A stretch of 64,000 nt of DNA. Source: Macrostomum lignano. Its lineage: Eukaryota. The notes under the pieces are model-generated. The model had not been told where the DNA came from. It saw nothing but the letters and a program-made list of their open reading frames with translations, and searched no databases. Both the position numbers and the translations under genes were made by a program. Where the stretch lies: the NCBI GenBank assembly GCA_002269645.1, contig NIVC01002034.1, forward strand, positions 1-64,000. Reading direction: 5' to 3'. Positions 56,358-64,000 of the stretch are shown in pieces (the stretch's first letter is position 1; every line of letters starts with the position of its first letter).

Positions 56358-58812
56358 CACCTTTTCACTTTCAATTTTGAACAAAGTCCAGTTCTAAAAA
56401 AACTAGCAGAAATTCAATTCAGACACTTTAGACTGGGGCAACGCTTACGGAAAATCAATAAAAACAAACCCCAGTTCAAAACAGACAAAGCCGTTTCAAT
56501 TCAAACACTACTGGTTTTGCCTGACTAAACCTTGCTTCGGTGGCGGTGAGGGACACCAACAGAACCAGATATCAATTATAAAAACAGAAATTCAACATAG
56601 GATTTTTGTCTGTGGCAAAACCTTTACGGGAGAGAGACCGATAAGAAAATCAATACAGACAAAATGCTGATCAAAAGAAACAGAAGCACTTCAATAAAAA
56701 CTGACACAACTGTCTATGGTCGAATCTTGTATATATATTTCACTAGGTGGAGCATCAAGAAGTTCAAAAACAACAACAGAGTACGCTGCCAGTTCGCAAA
56801 AGCAGCGTCAGATGGCGCGCTTCGAAGCTTGGGCGCGAACAAAAGCCGCACTGCCGGCAGAGTCCGGGGCGCCGGCGTCAGCCAGCAGACAGTCGACGTA
56901 GCGCCGAGTCCTCGCCTGTCCCCGCCGGTAGGGTGCCTGCAACGTAAGTAGCAGCACCTCCTGCACCGGCTCCGGACAGTAGGCCTCGGCGCGGATGACG
57001 TGGCCTGCCAGCTGGAGTCGCCGACGGCGCAGCAGATCGCTAGGACGGGCCAGGCCGGCGCGATGATAGAGCGCCGTGTTGGTGACTCGCTCGTTGCCGA
57101 TCTTGAAGGCGGCGCGCAGCAGGCCAGCGTGCGCCGCGTCGACTTGAGCCTCGAGCGAGTCTGTCAGCGTCCAGGTCTCGGCGTTGTATAACAGGACGGT
57201 CTCGATCACCGCCTGGAACAGCGCCGCCCTCTGGCGGTCCGGTAGGGCCTCTGACTGCAGGACTGACCTTATAGAACGAAAGGCAGCCCAGTCAAGTCCT
57301 CGGCGACGCCGCAGATCCTCGCGGACGTCGGGAACCAGACCGCCGAGGTAGACGAACTGCTGACATCTTGGAAGCTCACTCGCCTGTCCGTCAGCGCCTC
57401 GGCAGAAGATTGCAGCCTCGGTGTTGTCCGGCACGCATAGCACGACGGTCTTCTGCGTGTTGACCACCAGGCCGACGCTCGCCGCAACGGTAACCAGCCT
57501 ATCCAGCTGTCGTTGGGCGCCCTCGACGGTCAAGGACAGCAGGGCGAGGTCATCAGCGTAGCCAAGCACGCTGAGCCGTCTCTCCGGTTGGCGTCGACCC
57601 ACGCGTCGCCGCAGCAGGAAGCCGTCGTCGTTGGAAGGCAGAGCAGTCCGTAGCACCCAGTCAAGCACCAGAATAAATAGGAACGGCGCTAGCGTATCTC
57701 CCTGGAGCACCTCGGAGGATGTCTCGAAGAAATCCGATAGGCCGTCCGGTGTTGAGACAGCAGCCGTCGTGCCGTGGTACAGCGCCATGACAGCAGAAAT
57801 CAGCAGCTCTGGCACGTTGTACGCACGGCAACACCTCTGGGAGCGCGTCCCTCACGACCGAGTCGAAAGCCTTCCTGAAATCGACGAAGATCAGGATCAG
57901 GGTCAACTGGCGGATGCGCGCCTCCTCGATGACTCGTCGAAGAGCCAGGATCTGCGTCACTGTGCCGCGATGCGGCCGGAATCCGTTCTGCTCAGGTCGC
58001 AGGTACGGGTCCAGCACAGGCTGTAACCGCGATAGCAGCATGCGGTTGAACAGCTTCGCGGCGCAGGAGTGTAGGCAGATGCCTCGATGCTCCTCGAGCT
58101 TGGTGGTGCATCAAGAAGTTCAAAAGAAACAGTTCCCTTTCAAAACAGACATGGCAACTAACGAAAAAGACTCAGTTTACCTGCCTGGTAGTGAATAGAG
58201 CTCCATTTAACTTCTTAGCTCGCTGACGGTTTTATCCGTTACTCGTGGTTTCATTGGGCAGTTATGACAAAGGTTGGCATTTAACTGCTTGATCGTAATG
58301 AGAGGATCGCTTCCATCTGAGCTTCAATGAATGCTTGCATTTCTTTATCCCACTTTCTCTGTTTTGCACCTCCTTTTGGTTGCTTCTCTGGCCTTCCAGA
58401 TCATACAATCGTGTACGCCGTTGTTCTTTTTACGCCCAACTGGTGTGCCAAATTCTCAAAGTCTTCTTCTCTTTCAAATGCTCCGATATTCCTAGCTCTA
58501 TCGGCATTGCTAATCCTATCGTTTGTCCGGTGTCGCTGACCATTGAGCTCACCAACTTGATCGTCGACCATTGCGACACTCTTCGCCATCCTCCTCCAGC
58601 AGGTCAACGGAGTCTTCTTCGTTAGTCGCCATGTCTGTTTTGAAAGGGAACTGTTTCTTTTGAACTTCTTGATGCTCCACCTAGTGAAATATATATACAA
58701 GATTCGACCATAGACAGTTGTGTCAGTTTTTATTGAAGTGCTTCTGTCTCTTTTGATCAGCATTTTGTCTGTATTGAATTTCTTCTCGGTCTCTCTCCCG
58801 TAGGGTTTTACC
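56358..58812. mobile_element. Two inverted partial copies of a second Tc1/IS630-like element, one interrupted by RTE copy 2
   Basis: TA-CACCTTTT start at 56356 resembles the 54155 TIR. 56617-56769 plus 58126-58190 is inverted-repeated at ~58600-58812. The minus copy encodes EDFENLAHQLGVKRTTAYTIV. Confidence 0.6.
56770..58107 (-). mobile_element. 5'-truncated RTE-clade LINE, copy 2
   Basis: Nearly identical to copy 1. 335-aa RT/C-terminal ORF at 56808-57815. (GTT)n tail. TSD GCATCAAGAAGTTCAAAA at 56752-56769 and 58108-58125. Confidence 0.92.
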
Positions 58813-59568
58813 ACTGGGATTCTTCTTGTAATGTCCAGTCGGAAAGACCACAGAGTGAAAGATTATCTACAAGCATGTATGTCTGTGTCCTCTGGGAGTT
58901 TAGAACTTTCTGTTACAGATGTAAAAGTGTTTCATCTTAATCCGCAACATCCCCAAAAGTGTTCAAAAAAGCATGGCTTCGAAAAGACAGGTTGTTGGGC
59001 AAAATCGACCGAGGCGTCGATGAGGACAGTGTCAAAAAAAGACAGTGTACGTCTGCTCGCAGTGTCCTGGCGTCCCGTCACTTTGTCTTGTGAGTTGCTT
59101 TGGCACGTGGTATAATAATTAAAGAACCATTATCATCTTCTAAGGTGCTAGAAAGCTTTGAATGCTTTTGAAATGTGAATGAAACTTTCCCGCTATGTTT
59201 GCTGGTTTGTTACTGCTGTTACTGTTAATAGCTACATGTACGAGCCATCTTTGCAAAGTTTGTTTTTTGCTTTACTTCTATTTTTGGTCGAGTTCGACCC
59301 ATAGCCGACTGGAACGGTGGGTAGAGAATTTGTGCGCTTGCCATAGATATTTTGAACCGACTGCGCTGGGGAGTTGTAAGTGGTCGAAAACGACCTTCCC
59401 GACTTCTTAAGGTTAAAGCGGCCTTTTAGAATTCTGCCAATTATTTTCAAGAGTAACGTCCTTGTTGGTGAATTGTTAAGTAGTCCTTGCACAGAGGTTT
59501 CAGCGCAAAAACTACACAGAAGAGGCCCTAACGATCACCGCTCCACACTGCTTGGTGTAAACGCTTTC

Positions 59569-60187
59569 TTATCGGCCCGATTCCGGGCATTTCGGCGACT
59601 CGGACCGGGGTCGCACCTGTAGCTCGCTTATTTTCCGTAGGAATTCCGCGATGAGTTCGGCATCCTCCGCACGCCTCCTCTCTCACCCAGCTACTGTCCA
59701 GAACGTCGAACCCGGCCCATTGCAGACGAAACTCTCGTCCCTCCTCAGTTTCACGCACTGCCAACACATCCAAAACTTTAAACTTCTCCTCCTGGCCACG
59801 CTCCGCTACGTTTTCCTCGTCCGTCACTACATAACCAATTTCACTATTCTCGGTTTCGCTCGTCGACTCCCAACCTATCTTCTTCCTGCTTGCGCCTCAC
59901 TTCGTCCAGTAGATCATCTAGCATCTCTTCGTCGTCCAGCATCTTCTCCGCAAAGTCCAGTAGCTTATTGGGCTCCAAAATCATTCCTCCGAACCAATCA
60001 TATAGCTTCCGGCGGATTGGGCAGGACAGAGCCGGTACGCTTCCTCGCACTCCTGGGACTGCTGCTTGAGGATGCTGTCGCCTCTCTTGTTAGGATGGTA
60101 CTCCCGAGCTCGACGGTAGAATGCTTTCCGAATTTCTGAGGTCGTCGCTTCTTTGGTAACACCCAGTCGCTCATACAGATTCGACAT
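59569..60187 (-). CDS. J-domain plus chromodomain coding cassette (one ~205-aa fusion or two small ORFs; frameshifted)
   Basis: NLYERLGV..ATTSEIRKAFYRRAREYHPNK...EEAY..LSCPIRRKLYD (DnaJ fold, HPN instead of HPD). Then FKVLDVLAVR..GREFRLQWAGF..SSWVREE...ELIAEF (chromodomain). Confidence 0.7.
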
Positions 60188-60290
60188 CCTAAAACCGTTT
60201 AATAAAACTTCTGATACCAGTATCGAATGTTTTTATACGCTTGCTTTCTTCGCCGATATCTCTATACTACGCGTCGTGCGCCTGCCCGGG

Positions 60291-61099
60291 TCAGAAGTAA
60301 ACCGGCTGTCCGAACCGGTCCGGGGGTCTCCGTCGTCGTCGCGGTCGGATACCCTCAGGCGGAGGCTCGAGTTCGATCTCCACTTCCTGGTGTGGTTCAA
60401 TCACTTCAGGCTCCGGTGGCTCCAGCTCAGCTATCTTGTCCTCGTCTGATGGCGTACGCGTCTGGCCACTTTGAGAAGGCGTCTTGCACAGTAAGGATGT
60501 ACAAGTTACCCCTTTTGATTCAGGGAAGCGGCCCTACCACACGTCAATCATCACGATGTCGAAGGGCGCTGAGCTTGGAAGCAGCTCTAATGGACCCACC
60601 GGCTTCCTTCTTGTCTTCGCTTCTGTGCAGCTCATGCAGGCCCGAACATGCACTTTCACGTCCCGTGCCAGGCCCGGTCTCCAAAACAACCACAGAGCTT
60701 TCTACTCTACCACCACTAGCACCTGCATGGCATTCCTCGATCACCTCCATCATTTTCTTTGGTAGCAGCAGCCTTTCCGGAAGTCTCCCCGGGGAGCTAC
60801 AGATCAGGACACCGTCGCCATTAACTTAGATTTCAGCTTGTCTCTCGCAGATTTTCCGGGCCGTCGGTGAGATAGTCCGTAACTGCTCTTCAGAGGGCTC
60901 TCCCTCGCTGAGTTCCAGCAGCCCGATCGCAGCCTGCACGTTTTCATCTTCGCATTGCACTTGCTTCATGTCCTCGGTCGACCACCTTCGCAGATCGATG
61001 GCGTTGGCTTCCAGCCGGTCCGGTGCACAACCCGGACATTCCTTGCTCCCTTGATGTCGCCACCGTGGATTCCTCGACAATGCATCAGCGTTGGGCACT
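60291..61099 (-). pseudogene. Second Ty3/Gypsy pol remnant (RH-INT linker, integrase Zn finger, C-terminal tail)
   Basis: NADALSR, ECHAG...C..C, PFDIVMID, DAFSKWP, then RPRRRRRPPDRFG and a stop at 60291. Most of the catalytic core is deleted. Confidence 0.75.
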
Positions 61100-64000
61100 C
61101 CGCTCGGGATTGGCGGCAGTTGGAAATGCCATCCCATCTGCGCAAGTGCAGGATGTCCGCCCAGTCGTTAAATGGACGATTAAATGACCGTGGCGGGGAT
61201 GGGGGCCAGAGGCACGGGGCCAAGGAGCGAGCCGAACACAACCCGCCTTGGCGAGGGAGTCAGCGAGATCGTTACCTTTGAAACCGGCGTGACCTGGGAT
61301 CCACGTAAGCCGGACGGTGTTTCTCTGAGTCAGCTTGTTGAGCTGCCCGACACAGTCGCGAACTGTTCGGGAGTTCGTAGTGGTGTGACACAAGGCCTGC
61401 AAAGCGGCCTGGCTGTCAGAGTGGAAGAAGATTCTTCTGTCGTTGAAGTCCCTGCAGTGGAGCTCAGCTGCACAGGAGCTGATGGCTAGGACTTCGTTCT
61501 GGAAGACGCTGGAGAGTCTGCCGGTGTGTTGGGCGTGAGTGGCGATCACGTGGCCGTTGATAAGGATGCAGACTCCAAAGCCAGTGAGGATCCGTCAGTA
61601 AAGCAGTGAACCTCCTGAGGGGCCCAGCTGTCGTTGGCGTTCTTCCAAGAGGGGATAACGAAGCGTTGGTAGAGATTGAGGGAGCGCAGCTCAGCGTCCG
61701 AAAGGACAATTGCACTCCCACTCTCCTCCAGAGCCAGGCACAGGTCAGAGTGCGGCAGGAGCTTGCGCTTTGCCATCGCTCTTTGTGGCTTGAAGCTAAC
61801 GCTAGTCTCGATGAGCCGGCGGGTGGTTTTAGCCGCCTCGCGACGGATGAAGATGTCCAGGGGCGCAAGGCAGAGGAAGGCCGTCAAAGGGAGCAGAGGC
61901 TGAGCATTCAGGATCATGCGACACGCGCGTCCCTGCACCTTTTTGAGGGCTTCGTGGCAGGTTTTAATCTGCAAAGCGCTGGTCCAAACCAGGCCGGCAT
62001 AAGTAACGGCCGGCCGGACCATTGCAGTATAGATCCACCAGAGCCGCTTCGGGGTGAGGCCCCAGGTGGTGCCGACGGATCTGCGCAGCTGCGCAAGAAT
62101 TGCGAGGGCTTATTTTGGTTTTGGCCTAAACATGGGTGGACCAGCTCAGCCTGTGGTCCAGCGTAATGCCGAGACACTTGGTTTGCTTGCAAGATGGGAT
62201 TTCCACCCCGTAAAGCTTTAGTGGGCAAATGTACCAGTTGATCCTGCTGGTGAACATGATCGCGACAGTTTTGGTCTCGGAGAGCCTAAGGCCGCACCCG
62301 TCCGCACATTGTTCAGCAGAGCGAATAAAGTTTTGCAGAAGACCCCTAAGGGTTTAGGATGAGGGTCCGGATGCTACGGCGTAACCGACCTTAAGGATGG
62401 GGTCAATGTGGCTGTCCTGAAGGAGCTCATTGATGACAATGCTCCAGAGAACTGGAAAGAGAACACCGCCCTGGGGGCTGCCTTTGCAGAAAGTTACCGT
62501 CCGTTGGTGGCCCAGCAGGTGTGCGGTGGCAGTACGGTGGCTGATCATATACATGATCCACCGGATGAGGTGCGAGTGGGTTCCTCTAGCACGTAGAGCT
62601 CTCAAAAGCCTCAAAGAGGATATTATCGAAGGCTCCAACAATGTTGTTGTTTTTAACCCTCGCCAGGGTCGCGCTGGACAGGCAGCGACAGGAACTCAGC
62701 GACTTCAACAGGGTTGCGCCAACAGGTCAGAGGGCTCCAACTCGGTGGGGTGAGCCGGGCAATTAAAAAGATGCAGGCAGCCATGCGAGGCCGCGTCACA
62801 TTCCGGACAGCTAGAAGGCGTCTCAGGATTCAGCCGGTGCTGGTAACGAAGCAACGGACTGAAGCCAGAGCGCAGCTGGGCGAGCAGACAGAGGGTCCGG
62901 CGCGGCAAAGAACGCTCGGAATCGTAGACGTCAGGGCGAGGAAGACAATGTCGAGGAAGACAGCAAGAGCGTAGCCATTACCAAGAACGGCTTTCTCCAA
63001 CATGTCAACCAAGACGTGAAGCGCGCTTTCCGTGGACCTGCCTGCCCTAAAGGCGTGCTGGTTCTCACTGAGTGGCTTGTTCTTGAGTTATACAGAAAGG
63101 AGGCGCCAGAGCACCAGTCTCTCTAACAGCTTCATCTGTGAGGAGGTGAGAGGCTAATTAGTCTGAAGGATTTAATAGACCGGTAGTCCGGTCGGCCGGG
63201 CTTGGGGATAAAAACCACCTTACCAATTGGCCTCGGTCCAGGGTTTCGGAACAAAGCCGAGTACAATGCAAGCTTTCAGGAGCCGGCAAAGGTTCCGCAG
63301 GAAACCGGTGCATTTCACCGCCTCCCGCAGGAAGGCTGGCACAACGCCGTCCGGTCGTGGGGATTTGAAGGGTTTGAAGGAGGAGACTGCTTTAGTAACG
63401 CGGTCCTCCGTAATGATTGAGTCAGCCAGTACGTGTCCGCCCACTGAATGATCGGGGCCTGGATGGCTCGTTCGAGAAAAAACGCTGTTAGCATCGCCTC
63501 CAGCGTTTCTCCTGGGTTCTCAGTGAGCGAGCCGTCGGCTCTCTTAACTAAGGAGAGTTTGGACATTTTGTCCAGAGTGAGGGCTTTAACGATTCTGGAG
63601 GTAGGGCGGGAGCCCTCAAGTTCCTCACAGTATTCGCGCCACTTATTGGTTTTGGCGTTCCTATTTAACTTAACTTAGCTGCAGGGTGGTCCGTAGACAC
63701 TGCGGGGAGGCGAGGGTGTTCCTAACCTGCCTCTTGAACTCGTGGATAGAGTTCTCAGGTAGGCGGTTTGGTCGACCGCGGGTTTTTAGTTTTTTGGGCC
63801 CTACGGTGAAGCCTTTTAGCTCTGCGACGGAGGTCGCCAGGCTGCGGGTTCCACCATAGGGCCGACTGTTTGCCTTATATGCCTTTAGTGGGCATGAGGC
63901 TTTATGAAGGCAGCAGTGAGCAAGTCCGTGAGTACGGACGCAAATTAATTTGCTTCCTCGCAGATGTTTATGGAGACTGGAGTGCTAGTGCAACGATAGG
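61100..64000 (-). mobile_element. LOA/R1-like non-LTR retrotransposon ORF2 (RT plus RNase H), degenerate, continues off the window
   Basis: FKPFKSP.PDG, VVFIPKPG, AVFLDI.GAFDN, GSPQGGVL, YTAMVRPAVTY, CFTDGS, SVFQNEVLAI, SDSQAAL, WIPGHAGFKGNDLADSLAK. Confidence 0.88.
62645..62944 (-). mobile_element. 300-bp 3' fragment of an Ingi/I-like LINE nested in the LOA-like RT
   Basis: LAQLRSG...CPEC....H..HLFNC zinc knuckle. (CAA)n tail. 7-bp TSD ACAATGT at 62638-62644 and 62945-62951. Removal restores FLDIVGAFDN. Confidence 0.75.

Noticed and set aside
1-64000. tRNA, rRNA or conserved host protein-coding genes
   Set aside because: None recognised. Absence was judged by eye only.

Overview
Eukaryotic (animal-like) repeat-dominated DNA with AT-rich spliceosomal introns and TTAGGG motifs. 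A flatworm such as Macrostomum is my guess for the host, not established from the sequence. No conserved host gene is evident. (1) 1-23353 is a head-to-tail Helitron concatemer on the minus strand: the 5' end of one unit, a ~12.7-kb element carrying an almost intact 9-exon RepHel gene, then six 1.2-2.3-kb non-autonomous derivatives with the same termini and internal TTAGGG tracts. (2) 23.6-26.4 kb holds a P-like MITE, a 30-bp minisatellite and an RTE fragment. (3) 26433-42882 is a structurally complete Maverick/Polinton (adintovirus-like) endogenous virus with ~650-bp TIRs, minor and major capsid, packaging ATPase, adenain, pPolB (split by a 1055-bp solo LTR), rve integrase and PLA2. (4) 43.6-64 kb is a nest of decayed elements: two near-identical truncated RTE copies, a DIRS/Ngaro element, LOA/R1-like LINE pieces, two Gypsy pol remnants, Tc1/IS630-like derivatives and an Ingi-like 3' fragment. 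The most unusual item is an intronless J-domain + chromodomain cassette ~100 bp downstream of a Gypsy integrase. All family assignments come from motif recognition by eye, without database searches.
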